Part shown: positions 1 to 10,471 of the stretch, piece by piece
Layout of the letters: each line of letters begins with the position of its first letter
Numbering within the stretch: the stretch's first letter is position 1
Assembly (NCBI GenBank): GCA_964493485.1
Contig: CAZBMQ010000006.1
Span: forward strand, 12,081 to 71,581
Direction: 5' to 3'
DNA length: 59,501 nucleotides
Origin: an uncultured Candidatus Saccharibacteria bacterium
Lineage (GTDB): Bacteria > Patescibacteriota > Minisyncoccia > Minisyncoccales > JANBVM01
Notes under the pieces: generated by a model
Seen by the model: only the letters and a program-made list of their open reading frames with translations
What the model was told of the DNA's origin: nothing
Database searches by the model: none
Translations under genes and position numbers: made by a program

Positions 1-26
1 AAAAGCCTTCGGGCTTTATTTTTTTT
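1..26 (+). terminator. Intrinsic terminator of the upstream (off-window) gene
   Basis: AAAGCC-TTCG-GGCTTT hairpin with a UUCG tetraloop, followed by A and a T-run. Confidence 0.75.
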
Positions 27-50
27 GAATAGTGATTTAAAATTAGCAAT

Positions 51-2501
51 ATGGCAATTCTAGATAAAATCTTTGGAAATGCTAATGAAAAATATTTAAA
101 GAAGCTACAGCCTTTAGTTGATAAGATTAACAGCCTCGAAAAAGAATTCGAGGGCTTTTCTGATGCACAACTTAAAGACAAAACAAAAGAGTTTAAAGAA
201 AGACTACAAAAAGGAGAGACCTTAGATGATTTATTGCCAGAGGCTTTTGCCTTGGTAAGGGAAGCGTCAAAAAGAACATTAAAACAAAGACACTACGATT
301 GTCAGTTAATCGGAGGGATTGTTTTGCACCAGGGCAAGATTGCTGAAATGAAGACAGGGGAGGGAAAAACCTTGGCTGCCACTTTGCCTTTATATTTGAA
401 TGCCTTAGAAGGGAAGGGATGCCACCTTGTTACTGTGAATGATTACTTGGCAAGAAGAGATGCTGTTTGGATGGGGCAGATTTATCATGCTTTAGGATTA
501 AGCGTTGGATGTTTAAATCATGAACAGTCTTTTTTATATGATCCAGAATACAAGAAACTGCCAGAAGAAAAAGAAAAAATAAGAGATGAGCTTGGAGGAT
601 TTTATGTTGTGGAAGATTTTCTGCGTCCCTGTGAAAGGAAAGAAGCTTATTTAGCTGATATTACCTATGGAACAAACAATGAATTTGGTTTTGATTATCT
701 GAGAGACAATATGGTCTATAATCTTTCTCAGATGGTTCAGAGAGAGTTTAATTACGCCATTATTGATGAGATTGATTCTATCTTGATTGATGAAGCAAGG
801 ACCCCTTTGATTATTTCAACTCCAGATGTTGAGAGTTCAAAGTGGTATGGGGAGTTTGCCAAAATTATGCCAAAACTTACCCAGGATAAGGACTATGAGA
901 TTGATGAAAAAAGAAGGATAGTTACCTTGACTGAAGAAGGGATTAACAAGGTAGAGAAGATCTTAGGATTAGAGAATATCTATGAAGAAAAGGGGACAAG
1001 ATACCTGCATTATTTGGAGCAAGCCCTCAGAGCAGAAGCTCTTTTCAAGAGAGATAGAGACTATATTGTTAAAGACGGCAAGGTTATTATTATTGACGAG
1101 TTTACAGGAAGATTAATGCCGGGACGCCGCTGGTCTAGAGGTCTTCATCAAGCAATTGAAGCAAAAGAGAATGTGACTATTAATCCCGAATCTCTTACTT
1201 TAGCCTCTATTACTTTTCAAAACTTGTTTAGGATGTATAAGAAATTGGCTGGTATGACAGGTACTGCTCTTAGTTCAGCTGAAGAATTTGATAAGGTGTA
1301 TGGATTAGATGTTGTAGTGATTCCGACGAATAAACCAGTAATAAGAAAAGATTTACCAGATAGGGTGTATAAAACAGAGAAGGGTAAGCTTAAGGCTTTG
1401 ATTAAAGAAGTGAAAGAGAGACACTCAAGAGGACAGCCAATCTTAATTGGTACAAGATCTGTAGAGAAAAATGAGCAACTTTCAAGATTATTAGAAAGAG
1501 AAGGAATTTCCCACCAAGTTCTAAACGCCAAGAATCATCAAAGAGAAGGGGAGATTATTGCGCAAGCTGGCAGATTGAAGGCAGTGACAGTAGCTACCAA
1601 TATGGCAGGTAGAGGAGTTGATATAATCTTAGGAGGCAATCCTCCTGACCCGAAAGAGGCTGAAAAGGTAAAAGAATTGGGGGGTTTGCATGTTATTGGC
1701 ACTGAAAGACATGAGGCAAGAAGGATTGATAATCAGCTCAGAGGAAGAGCTGGAAGACAAGGAGATCCAGGTTCAAGTCAGTTTTTCTTATCATTAGAAG
1801 ATGATTTAATGAGAATCTTTGGGGGAGAAAGAATAAAATCTTTGGCTACTCGCTTGAATCTTCCTGAAGATGAACCGATTGAGGCAAAAATAATTTCAAA
1901 AGCAATAGAGGAAGCTCAGTCAAGGATAGAAGGAATAAACTTTGATATAAGAAAACATGTTCTGGAATATGATGATGTAATGAATAAACATAGAGAGATT
2001 ATCTATAAAAAGAGAAGAGAGATTTTAGAAAAAGCGCAAAAAGGAGAATTGGCAGAGCTTATTATAGAAATGTTTAAGAACGCAGGATATTCTCAGAAAG
2101 ATTATGAGAAAAAGAAAAAGGAATTTGGAGAGACAAATATGTCACAGATTGAAAAGATTATTTCTTTGAGGGTGTTGGATATGTTTTGGATGGCACATTT
2201 AGAAAATATGGACCATTTGAAAGATACTGTGAGATTAAGAGCCTATGGGAAAAAAGATCCCTTGGTCGAATATAAAAAAGAGAGCTATAAGATGTTTAAA
2301 AAATTATTGAAAGATATAGAATTGGTGACTGTTAATACTATTCTTAGAGCAAGTATAGTCCCAGCAGATACTTTAAAGTCAGAATCTGCCGGAAAAACCC
2401 ATATTGCTGGGAGTCGCAAAAATAAGCCGGGTAGAAATGACCCTTGTCCATGTGGTTCAGGAAAGAAATATAAAAAATGCTGTATGCCAAAGTATGGTTA
2501 A
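51..2501 (+). CDS. secA: Preprotein translocase ATPase SecA (816 aa)
   Basis: MKTGEGKT Walker [42 protein letters not shown] and C-terminal SEC-C motif [18 protein letters not shown]. Confidence 0.98.
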   Translation: MAILDKIFGNANEKYLKKLQPLVDKINSLEKEFEGFSDAQLKDKTKEFKERLQKGETLDDLLPEAFALVREASKRTLKQRHYDCQLIGGIVLHQGKIAEMKTGEGKTLAATLPLYLNALEGKGCHLVTVNDYLARRDAVWMGQIYHALGLSVGCLNHEQSFLYDPEYKKLPEEKEKIRDELGGFYVVEDFLRPCERKEAYLADITYGTNNEFGFDYLRDNMVYNLSQMVQREFNYAIIDEIDSILIDEARTPLIISTPDVESSKWYGEFAKIMPKLTQDKDYEIDEKRRIVTLTEEGINKVEKILGLENIYEEKGTRYLHYLEQALRAEALFKRDRDYIVKDGKVIIIDEFTGRLMPGRRWSRGLHQAIEAKENVTINPESLTLASITFQNLFRMYKKLAGMTGTALSSAEEFDKVYGLDVVVIPTNKPVIRKDLPDRVYKTEKGKLKALIKEVKERHSRGQPILIGTRSVEKNEQLSRLLEREGISHQVLNAKNHQREGEIIAQAGRLKAVTVATNMAGRGVDIILGGNPPDPKEAEKVKELGGLHVIGTERHEARRIDNQLRGRAGRQGDPGSSQFFLSLEDDLMRIFGGERIKSLATRLNLPEDEPIEAKIISKAIEEAQSRIEGINFDIRKHVLEYDDVMNKHREIIYKKRREILEKAQKGELAELIIEMFKNAGYSQKDYEKKKKEFGETNMSQIEKIISLRVLDMFWMAHLENMDHLKDTVRLRAYGKKDPLVEYKKESYKMFKKLLKDIELVTVNTILRASIVPADTLKSESAGKTHIAGSRKNKPGRNDPCPCGSGKKYKKCCMPKYG

Positions 2502-2517
2502 ATCTAACATTTAAAAT

Positions 2518-3180
2518 ATGTTTTTTATTCCTCTTACCATTTTACTTTTTATTCTTTTTCTTTTATCTTTGCCTTTTTTATTCCTCTTGACGTATTTCCA
2601 GGTTGTTATTATTGGTTTTGAAAAATTAGGAATTTCTCCGGATACTACATTGTTTATTCTTTTTTTAATTTTAATTGGTTCTTTGATTAATATTCCTTTG
2701 ACCAAAAAGAAATTGGTTTTAGTAAGAAAACCAAGCTTTTTTGGTTTTTTTAATGTGCCGAGAATTGAAACTCATTATGTGGCTATTAATGTTGGTGGGG
2801 CAGTGATTCCAATTTTAATCTCTTTTTATTTTCTCTTATTGGCAAAGATTAAAGGCTTTGAGTTGATGCCCATTTTTAAGTCGATTATTTTAATGAGTAT
2901 TGTTTCTAAACTCTTTGCTAAAGTAATACCTGGCCGTGGTATTGTTTTGCCCGCTTTTATTCCTCCTCTTTTTTCTGCGCTTTTTTCAATGATTTTATCT
3001 CCTGATTTTGCAGCTCCCTGTGCATTTATCTCAGGGGTACTCGGAACCTTAATTGGGGCAGACCTTTTAAATCTTAAGAAGATTCAGCATTATAGCGGTT
3101 ATCTTTCTATTGGCGGAGCAGGGGTGTTTGATGGGATATTCTTGGTGGGAATTGTTTCTGCCATGATTTCAGGTTTTTAG
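2518..3180 (+). CDS. DUF1614-like polytopic membrane protein, putative intramembrane protease
   Basis: Multiple TM segments; INVGGAVIP, GTLIGADLLNL and SIGGAGVFDGIFL motifs recalled from DUF1614. Confidence 0.75.
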   Translation: MFFIPLTILLFILFLLSLPFLFLLTYFQVVIIGFEKLGISPDTTLFILFLILIGSLINIPLTKKKLVLVRKPSFFGFFNVPRIETHYVAINVGGAVIPILISFYFLLLAKIKGFELMPIFKSIILMSIVSKLFAKVIPGRGIVLPAFIPPLFSALFSMILSPDFAAPCAFISGVLGTLIGADLLNLKKIQHYSGYLSIGGAGVFDGIFLVGIVSAMISGF

Positions 3181-3246
3181 GTTCACTTGACTAAAGATTT
3201 CTAAAATGGTTAAATAAAAAAATAACAAAATTAACTAATTTAAGTT

Positions 3247-4224
3247 ATGACAAAATTCGATTACCATAAGATTTGTTTAGATTTGCTTTCTGGTCTTGAT
3301 CAAAGGCAGAAAGAAATAATTTCTCGAAGATTTGGTTTAGGAAGAGATAAAAGAGAAACATTAGAATCAATTGGGAAAGATTTTGGAATTTGCAGAGAAA
3401 GGGTGCGCCAAATAGAAGCTGCAAGTTTAAACAAGATAAAGCCAAAGACGCAAGACCATAAAAAGGTCTTTAATTATTTCTTAAATCATCTAAAAAAGTT
3501 TGGGGGAGTGAGGAAGGAAGAAGTCTTATTAAAAGAACTTGGAGAGGATAACGCAAGAAACGAGGTGTATTTTTTATTAAATTTGAGAGAGCCTTTTAAA
3601 AGAATTAATGAAAACAATGATTTTTACTCTGTTTGGATAATAGGTGAGGATTCATATAATTTAGCAAAGGAAGTGGTTAATTCTCTTGCTTTGCAATTCG
3701 AAAATATTAAAAAACCGCTTCCTTTAGAGGAGCTTAATTCTCCAGCTTCTTTAGAGAAAAGAGCTTTGGAATCTTATCTTGAAGCCTCAAAAAAGATTGA
3801 TAAAAACCAAGACAATCTCTATGGACTTTCTCATTGGCCTGAGATTAATCCCAAAGGGATAAAAGATAAAGCTTATTTGGTTTTTAAGAAGATCGGCAAA
3901 CCTCTTCATTTTCATGAGGTGGCAAAATTGATTGAAAATAGTCATGTACAGACTGTTCATAATGAACTTATAAAAGATAACAGGTTTGTTTTAGTTGGGA
4001 GAGGAATATATGCCTTGGCTGAGTGGGGTTATTATCCAGGACAGGTGAGAGACGTAATACTTAAGATACTGCAAGAATCAGAAGAACCTTTAACAAAGGA
4101 AGAGATTTTAGAAAAGGTATTAAAACAAAGATTGGTGAAAAAGAACACTGTATTATTAAATTTAAGCAATAAACAATACTTTTTAAGAGATTCTCAAGGT
4201 AGATATAGAATAAAAGAAGCTTAA
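3247..4224 (+). CDS. Sigma70 region-4 HTH fused to winged-helix (HARE-HTH-like) domains
   Basis: N-term RRFGL..RETLESIGKDFGICRERVRQIE (sigma r4); C-term KDKAYLVFKKIGKPLHFHEVA..TVHNELIKDNRFVLVGRGIYAL; no sigma regions 2-3. Confidence 0.8.
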   Translation: MTKFDYHKICLDLLSGLDQRQKEIISRRFGLGRDKRETLESIGKDFGICRERVRQIEAASLNKIKPKTQDHKKVFNYFLNHLKKFGGVRKEEVLLKELGEDNARNEVYFLLNLREPFKRINENNDFYSVWIIGEDSYNLAKEVVNSLALQFENIKKPLPLEELNSPASLEKRALESYLEASKKIDKNQDNLYGLSHWPEINPKGIKDKAYLVFKKIGKPLHFHEVAKLIENSHVQTVHNELIKDNRFVLVGRGIYALAEWGYYPGQVRDVILKILQESEEPLTKEEILEKVLKQRLVKKNTVLLNLSNKQYFLRDSQGRYRIKEA

Positions 4225-4226
4225 AA

Positions 4227-5603
4227 ATGTTTTCTATATTCTCTGAGATTTGGGATATTTATAAGACAGCAGGCGGTTTAATTATTAAACCCCTCTGGTT
4301 GATTATTAAAAACTGGTGGTGGTTGTTTTTCCCTTTTTTGATTAAAAACCGCTTTTTGTTTTTCTGGAAATGGTGGAGGTTTGAGGCTTTTTTGAAAAAT
4401 GTATTCAGACCTGTTTTGTTGGAGATAAAAATACCCAAGGATATTGTAAAACCAATTAGGGCAATGGAGGATGTGATGACTAGCTTGCATAGTATTATTT
4501 ATCATCCTCCTGACTGGTGGGAAGAGTGGATTGAGGGTCAATTCCAGACCTCTTTAGGTCTTGAGATTGCTTCAATTGAAGGTAAAATACATTTTTATAT
4601 CAGAATTCATGAAGCATACCGCGATGCAGTAGAAGCTGCTATTTATTCCCAATATCCTGAGGTGGAGATTGTTGAGGTTGATGATTATACAAAGCTGGTT
4701 CCCCAAGATATTCCAAACAAAGAATGGGAAATGTGGGGCACGGATTACAGGTTCTTAAAAAACAAAATAGAAGAGAATGCACTTCCCATTCTTACATATA
4801 AGAAATTTGAGACAGGTCAGGAAGATGTGGAGGAAAAAAAGGTAGATCCAATAGCAGAGCTTGTAGAGGCATTAGGCAGAATGGGTCCTGGAGAGCATTT
4901 TTGGATACAGATTGCAGCAACACCTGTAAGTGAGCAAGAAGATAGTGTGAAAACTGTTGGTTTTAACTGGATAGAAGAAGGCAAGAAATTAAGAGATAAA
5001 TTGGCTAAAAGACCTGTGGAAGAGAAAAAGCCATACAGACCAATTATATTAGATGCTATTGATTTTCTAATTACAGGCAAGGTTCCAGAAGAACCAGAGA
5101 AACCTGAAAAAGAAAAATTTTTCCTTCCTCCTGAAATGAAGCTTACTCCAGGAGAAAGAGAAATAGTGGCTGCCATTGAAGAAAAGATTTCAAAGCCAGG
5201 TTTTTACACAAATATTCGTTTTATTTATTTAGGAAAAAGAAAGAATTTTGTGAAAGGAAAATTAAGGCTTGGTTTTACATTTTTTGGAAGTTTTTATACT
5301 CACAATCTTAATGCTCTTATTCCATACGGTGATACAATAACCAAAATTCACAGATCATGGTTTTTACCAATTAATCTCTTCCGCGCCAGGAGATTATATT
5401 TAAGAAAAAGGAAGCTTTTTAGAAATTATGTAAGCAGGGTGCATTCTTATTTCCCCAGACCTCCAAAAAATGTTAAATTTATTCTAAATACTGAAGAATT
5501 GGCATCTATTTTTCATTTCCCATCTTGGAGAATAGCTCCTGTACCTGGTGTTTCTTGGATTGAAGCCAAGAAAAAACCACCCCCAGAGCTACCTGAGCAA
5601 TAA
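4227..5603 (+). CDS. Membrane-anchored hypothetical protein, partner of the downstream ATPase
   Basis: 458-aa ORF; N-terminal Trp-rich hydrophobic segment; AIYSQYPEVEI and ELASIFHFP motifs; 3 nt from the next gene. Confidence 0.65.
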   Translation: MFSIFSEIWDIYKTAGGLIIKPLWLIIKNWWWLFFPFLIKNRFLFFWKWWRFEAFLKNVFRPVLLEIKIPKDIVKPIRAMEDVMTSLHSIIYHPPDWWEEWIEGQFQTSLGLEIASIEGKIHFYIRIHEAYRDAVEAAIYSQYPEVEIVEVDDYTKLVPQDIPNKEWEMWGTDYRFLKNKIEENALPILTYKKFETGQEDVEEKKVDPIAELVEALGRMGPGEHFWIQIAATPVSEQEDSVKTVGFNWIEEGKKLRDKLAKRPVEEKKPYRPIILDAIDFLITGKVPEEPEKPEKEKFFLPPEMKLTPGEREIVAAIEEKISKPGFYTNIRFIYLGKRKNFVKGKLRLGFTFFGSFYTHNLNALIPYGDTITKIHRSWFLPINLFRARRLYLRKRKLFRNYVSRVHSYFPRPPKNVKFILNTEELASIFHFPSWRIAPVPGVSWIEAKKKPPPELPEQ

Positions 5604-5606
5604 ACT

Positions 5607-7274
5607 ATGAAAGATAAAGATATAGTATATTTTGCTGAAACCACTTTTAGAAGAGAGAGGAAAAAAGTGGGTATTAAAACCGATGACAGGCGTCGGCATA
5701 TTTATGTTGTGGGAAAAACAGGAATGGGAAAGACAGCAATGATAGAGAATATGGCAATACAAGATATAAGAGCAGGAAGGGGATTGGGCATAGTTGATCC
5801 TCACGGAGAACTTGCCGAAGATTTATTGGATTTTGTTCCATCTAACAGAATCAATGATGTAGTTTATTTTAATCCTGCAGACACAGAGTATCCTATTGCG
5901 TTTAATGTAATGGAAAAAGTGGCTCCGGAAAATAGACATTTGGTAGCTTCTGGTTTAATGGAGGTATTTAAGAAAATCTGGCCTGATGTGTGGTCGGCCA
6001 GAATGGAATATATTTTGGGAAATTGTATTTTAGCTTTATTGGAGTATCCGAATACTACCCTTTTGGGGATAAACAGAATGTTGGCAGATGCAGCTTATCG
6101 TGAGAAAATAGTACAAAAGGTAAGAGACCCGATGGTAAAGTCCTTTTGGGTGAACGAATTTGCTCGTTATACTCAAAGATATGAAGTAGAGGCTACGGCT
6201 GCAATTCAAAATAAGATAGGCCAGTTGATTTCCAATCCTTTGATTAGGAATATTATTGGACAAGTGAAGACTAAGATTGACATGAGAAAATTGATGGATG
6301 AGGGCAAGATTTTAATTGCTAATTTATCAAAAGGAAAGATAGGAGAGGATAACTCAAAATTATTAGGTGCTCTTTTGATAACAAAATTACAGTTGGCTGC
6401 GATGTCGAGGGTGGATATTCCAGAGGAAGAAAGAAGAGATTTCTTTTTATATGTTGATGAGTTCCAGAATTTTGCCACAGAAGCATTTGCTAATATTTTA
6501 TCTGAGGCAAGAAAATACAGATTGTCCTTAACATTAGCTAATCAGTATATTGCTCAGCTTGAAGAAGTAACGCCCACTGGAAAAAGTACAAAAGTTCGTG
6601 ATTCTGTCTTTGGTAATGTGGGCACCTTGATAGTTTTTCGAGTAGGAGCTGAAGATGCAGAGTATTTAGAGAAAGAATTTGTTCCAGAGCTAATAGCTGA
6701 AGATTTAGTGAATTTGGGGAAGTATCATATTTATCTTAAGTTAATGGTAGATGGGATTGCAGGGAGACCTTTTTCTGCAAAGACTTTACCTCCTTTTGAG
6801 AAACCTGCAAAATCAAATAGAGAGAAGATAATAAGATGTTCTAGAGAAAAGTGTGGTTTTCCAAGAGAAATTGTGGAAGATAAGATAAATCGTTGGAGCG
6901 GATTTATAGAAACACCATTGCCTGTGGAAGAACCAAAGGCCCAACCCACTTTATATGATGCTCAGTGTTCTATGTGTGGCAAGAAGACAAAGGTGATATT
7001 TCCGCCTGATGGTATAAGACCCGTCTATTGCAAGTCCTGTCTTAAAAAGGTAGAAAAAGCAGGAGCTCCAAAAACAGAGATTCCTAAGAAGACTGTTGAG
7101 GAAAAAATAGAACCAGAGAAAGAGGAAATTTCTTTAAAAACAGTTGGTCAATTAGAGCCTATTTCTTTTTCTTCCTCCAAAAAACCTGACAAGAAACTAA
7201 AAAGGCCCAAAAAAAAGGTAAATATTGAAGAATTAAAAAAAGCCTTAGAAGAGGCTTTAAAAAAAGAAAAATGA
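5607..7274 (+). CDS. VirD4/TraD-like (type IV coupling-type) P-loop ATPase with C-terminal CxxC-x17-CxxC domain
   Basis: GKTGMGKT Walker A, DPHGE, LYVDEFQNF Walker B, SEARKYRL, GNVGTLIVFRVG; CSMCG...VYCKSC zinc ribbon. Confidence 0.85.
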   Translation: MKDKDIVYFAETTFRRERKKVGIKTDDRRRHIYVVGKTGMGKTAMIENMAIQDIRAGRGLGIVDPHGELAEDLLDFVPSNRINDVVYFNPADTEYPIAFNVMEKVAPENRHLVASGLMEVFKKIWPDVWSARMEYILGNCILALLEYPNTTLLGINRMLADAAYREKIVQKVRDPMVKSFWVNEFARYTQRYEVEATAAIQNKIGQLISNPLIRNIIGQVKTKIDMRKLMDEGKILIANLSKGKIGEDNSKLLGALLITKLQLAAMSRVDIPEEERRDFFLYVDEFQNFATEAFANILSEARKYRLSLTLANQYIAQLEEVTPTGKSTKVRDSVFGNVGTLIVFRVGAEDAEYLEKEFVPELIAEDLVNLGKYHIYLKLMVDGIAGRPFSAKTLPPFEKPAKSNREKIIRCSREKCGFPREIVEDKINRWSGFIETPLPVEEPKAQPTLYDAQCSMCGKKTKVIFPPDGIRPVYCKSCLKKVEKAGAPKTEIPKKTVEEKIEPEKEEISLKTVGQLEPISFSSSKKPDKKLKRPKKKVNIEELKKALEEALKKEK

Positions 7275-8416
7275 AAAGAATCCAAGATTTCGAACTCAAA
7301 GGTAAAAATGTTTTAGTGAGATGCGATTTCAATGTTCCTATTTCTAAAACCGGAGAGGTTTTAGATGATTTTAGAATCAAGAAAGCTGTTCCCACTATTG
7401 AATATTTAATTGAAAAGGATGCAAGAGTAATATTGATGAGTCATTTAGAATCAAAGGGAGAAAAGAGTAGTTTAAAATGTTTACTTCCTATATTAAAAGA
7501 GTTATTAGGAAAGGAGACAGTGTTATTTAAAGACTATCTCAAAAAGGGAGCCAGGAAAGAAATAGAAGCGTTGACTCCTCAAAATGTAGTATTGTTAGAA
7601 AACCTAAGATTCCACGATGGAGAAAAAAAGAATGATGAGGAATTTGCAAAGAGCTTAGCAAGGCTGGGAGATATTTTTATAAATGAAGCTTTTTCTGTTT
7701 GTCATAGAAAACATGCTTCTATTGTGGGAATACCAAAATATCTTCCTAAAACTAAAGGGTTTTTATTAGAAAAGGAGATTGATGTTTTTTCTCATATTTT
7801 AGAAAGCCCCCAAAGACCTTTTGTAGCAATAATTGGAGGGATAAAAATAGAAACAAAGATAAAGACGATTTTGAATATTTTAAAAATAGCTGACCATTTG
7901 ATTATAGGAAGCAAGATTGGAGAGGTTTTCTTTGTCCATAAAAATCTTTTAATAGGAAGAGATTTACCAGAAGAGAAATTAATAGAGAATATTGATTTAA
8001 CAAATCCCAAAATTCATTTACCCTTAGATGGTGTAATAGCTCTGAAGAGTTTAAAAGAAGGATATCTGAGAAAAGGAGGAATTGGTACTTTGAGAAAGGA
8101 AGAAGACGTTTTTGATATTGGGCCGGAAAGCATTAAAGCTTTTAAGGGTATAATAAGTCATGCTAAGACAATTCTATGGAATGGACCTATGGGAATGTAT
8201 GAAGATGAAAAGTTTGAAAGGGGGACAAAAGAAATTGCTGATGCAATTGTAAGAAATTATTTGGCTTTTAAGGTAGCTGGAGGCGGAGAAACAGTGTCGG
8301 CTATTAATAAATTTAAGCTGGTAGATAAATTTGATTTTCTTTCAACTGGGGGAGGAGCAATGTTGGAATTCTTAGCAGGTGAAAAATTGCCAGGGATTGA
8401 AGCGTTAAAAGAGTAA
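7271..8416 (+). CDS. pgk: Phosphoglycerate kinase (divergent)
   Basis: VRCDFNVP, LLENLRF, WNGPMG, STGGGAMLEFLAGEKLPGIEAL; ATGA overlap with the upstream gene. Confidence 0.92.
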   Translation: MKRIQDFELKGKNVLVRCDFNVPISKTGEVLDDFRIKKAVPTIEYLIEKDARVILMSHLESKGEKSSLKCLLPILKELLGKETVLFKDYLKKGARKEIEALTPQNVVLLENLRFHDGEKKNDEEFAKSLARLGDIFINEAFSVCHRKHASIVGIPKYLPKTKGFLLEKEIDVFSHILESPQRPFVAIIGGIKIETKIKTILNILKIADHLIIGSKIGEVFFVHKNLLIGRDLPEEKLIENIDLTNPKIHLPLDGVIALKSLKEGYLRKGGIGTLRKEEDVFDIGPESIKAFKGIISHAKTILWNGPMGMYEDEKFERGTKEIADAIVRNYLAFKVAGGGETVSAINKFKLVDKFDFLSTGGGAMLEFLAGEKLPGIEALKE

Positions 8417-8420
8417 TATA

Positions 8421-9560
8421 ATGCAACAAATAAAAAACTTAGAAAAAGCAGCAAGCCGTATCCTAAAAGCTGTTAAAGGGAAAGAAAGAATAATTCTTTA
8501 TGGAGATGCTGATTTAGATGGGGTTACTTCAGTTATTATTTTAAAAGAAACTATTAAAAATTTGGGCGGAGAGGTTTGTGCCGTATATTTTCCTGATAGA
8601 GAAATAGAAGGATACGGCATTACAAAAACAAGTTTAGAAAAGCTGAAGAAATTTGCTCCGGCTCTTTTAATTGCTTTAGATTGTGGAATTGGGAATTTTA
8701 AAGAAATAAAATTGGCAAAGAAGATAGGTTTCAGTGTAATAGTTATTGATCACCATAAGGTTTTGGATAAATTGCCATCAGCTGATATTATTGTAGATCC
8801 AAAACAGAAAGGAGATGAATATCCTTTTAAAGAATTTGCCGCAGTAGGAATTGTTTTTAAGCTTTCAGAGATTTTATTGGGCGAGAAAATGGGGGAGGGA
8901 TTGAGGAGAAGTTTTTTAGAATTAGTAGCTTTGGCTACTACTGCTGATATGATGCCAAAGGTTGAAGAAAACAAACTTTTTATTGAGGAGGGGTTAAGGT
9001 ATTTGGAAAATTCTTGGAGGCCAGGAATCAGAGCATTTTTTGAGGCTGATTTTTTGAAAGGATATAATCTGTATGAAAAGGTTTCCAAAATTATTTCTAT
9101 ATTAAATGTAAGAGATGTAGAAGATGGATTGCCAGCTTCTTTTAGGCTTTTAACAGCTTCTTCTCCAGAGGTTTTGCAAGAGATAATTCAGAAACTACAG
9201 GAAAAGAACAAAATAAGGAAAGAAAAAATTAATAAAATTATCCAAGAGATTACACAAAGAATTGAATACAGTAAAGAGCCTATTGTATTCGAGGGAGATT
9301 CTAATTGGGATTATCCATTAATCTCTCCTATTGCTTCACTTTTGTGTAAAGACTTAAAAAAGCCAATTTTTCTTTTTAAGAAATTAGAAAAAGAAAGCCA
9401 GGGCACAGTAAGAGTTCCCAGCGGGATTGATAGTGTTTCTTTGATGGAGAAATGCAAAAAATATTTAATCACATATGGAGGACACCCTCAAGCTTCTGGT
9501 TTTAGGATAAAAAATAAGAATTTAGAGAAATTTAAGAACTGTTTATTAGAACAATTTTAA
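8421..9560 (+). CDS. recJ: DHH/DHHA1 phosphoesterase, short RecJ-like exonuclease
   Basis: GDADLDG, LDCG, IDHH, ADMM and GGHPQASG motifs; 379 aa leaves no room for the C-terminal OB extension. Confidence 0.75.
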   Translation: MQQIKNLEKAASRILKAVKGKERIILYGDADLDGVTSVIILKETIKNLGGEVCAVYFPDREIEGYGITKTSLEKLKKFAPALLIALDCGIGNFKEIKLAKKIGFSVIVIDHHKVLDKLPSADIIVDPKQKGDEYPFKEFAAVGIVFKLSEILLGEKMGEGLRRSFLELVALATTADMMPKVEENKLFIEEGLRYLENSWRPGIRAFFEADFLKGYNLYEKVSKIISILNVRDVEDGLPASFRLLTASSPEVLQEIIQKLQEKNKIRKEKINKIIQEITQRIEYSKEPIVFEGDSNWDYPLISPIASLLCKDLKKPIFLFKKLEKESQGTVRVPSGIDSVSLMEKCKKYLITYGGHPQASGFRIKNKNLEKFKNCLLEQF

Positions 9561-9563
9561 TCT

Positions 9564-10007
9564 ATGAAAAAAATAACAATTTGTACTGACGGCGGTTCCA
9601 GAGGAAACCCAGGACCGGCTGCTGCCGGAGTTGTTTTTTATAATGAAAAAGGTCAACAGTTTAAAAAATATTCAAAATATCTGGGGGAAAATCTTACCAA
9701 CAATGAAGCAGAATATTTAGCAGTAATATTTGCTTTAGAGAAGTTTAAACACTTATTTGGAAAGAAGATTGCAAAGATTAGTGAGGTAGAAATAAAGTCA
9801 GATTCAGAGTTATTGGTAAAGCAACTGAATGGAAAATATAAAATTGTAGACCCTAAAATACAGCAGTTGTTTATAAAGGTATGGAACCTAAAGTTAGATT
9901 TTAAAAAAGTAAAATTTCATCTTATTTCTAGAAACAAAAACAAAGAAGCAGATTCATTAGTAAATGAAGCTTTAGACAGTATAGACAGGGCGAGGAGTTT
10001 GTTTTAG
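9564..10007 (+). CDS. rnhA: Ribonuclease HI
   Basis: TDGGSRGNPG, TNNEAEY, SDSELL and N..AD acidic catalytic set. Confidence 0.92.
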   Translation: MKKITICTDGGSRGNPGPAAAGVVFYNEKGQQFKKYSKYLGENLTNNEAEYLAVIFALEKFKHLFGKKIAKISEVEIKSDSELLVKQLNGKYKIVDPKIQQLFIKVWNLKLDFKKVKFHLISRNKNKEADSLVNEALDSIDRARSLF

Positions 10008-10030
10008 ATATTATTTTTATTCTAAAAGAA

Positions 10031-10063
10031 TTAAAAGAACCCATTTTGTATGGGTTCTTTTAA
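10031..10063. terminator. Bidirectional terminator between convergent rnhA and rnpB
   Basis: Perfect 14-bp inverted repeat TTAAAAGAACCCAT-tttgt-ATGGGTTCTTTTAA. Confidence 0.85.
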
Positions 10064-10064
10064 T

Positions 10065-10466
10065 GTCCTAGCAGGCCCGTAAGCCGAATTCTGTTTTAGG
10101 TGATCATTTATCTTGGCTTTAAGTTGCCTTAAAGCTCATGCGAACTACTTTTTCCTTCAACAAGCCTTGGCTAGTAGCACCAGTACAGGTACACATTGAG
10201 ATTACCTCAGCTTGTCAAAGGTTTGTTCTTGCACCCGATAAGGATTTAGCCGTTTCACCCCCGAAGTTACCTTCGGGACTTATCCAGGGAAAACCTGGAT
10301 ACTTTGAACCTTTCGGTTCAAAGCGTCTCTGCTCGCACCTCTAGCCTTTAAGCCGAGGGGTGTTACCCCCTATCTTTTTAACCCTTGTAAGAATCCAAGG
10401 AGTGGGTGTTCGGACTTTCCTCCCCCTCGAACCCTTCGAGAAGGCGATCACTCGGCCTACTAGGAC
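10065..10466 (-). ncRNA. rnpB: RNase P RNA (about 402 nt)
   Basis: Minus strand has GAGGAAAGTCCG (CR-I) and ACAGAATTCGGCTTAC (CR-V); P1 is GTCCTAGTAGGC/GCCTGCTAGGAC; three hairpins in the P12-P14 region. Confidence 0.95.
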
Positions 10467-10471
10467 ATTTT

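Noticed and set aside
5607-7274. Conjugative element or ICE
   Set aside because: No relaxase, VirB, integrase or att repeats; the gene is coupled to pgk
10138-10344. 68-aa + strand ORF
   Set aside because: Lies antisense inside the RNase P RNA
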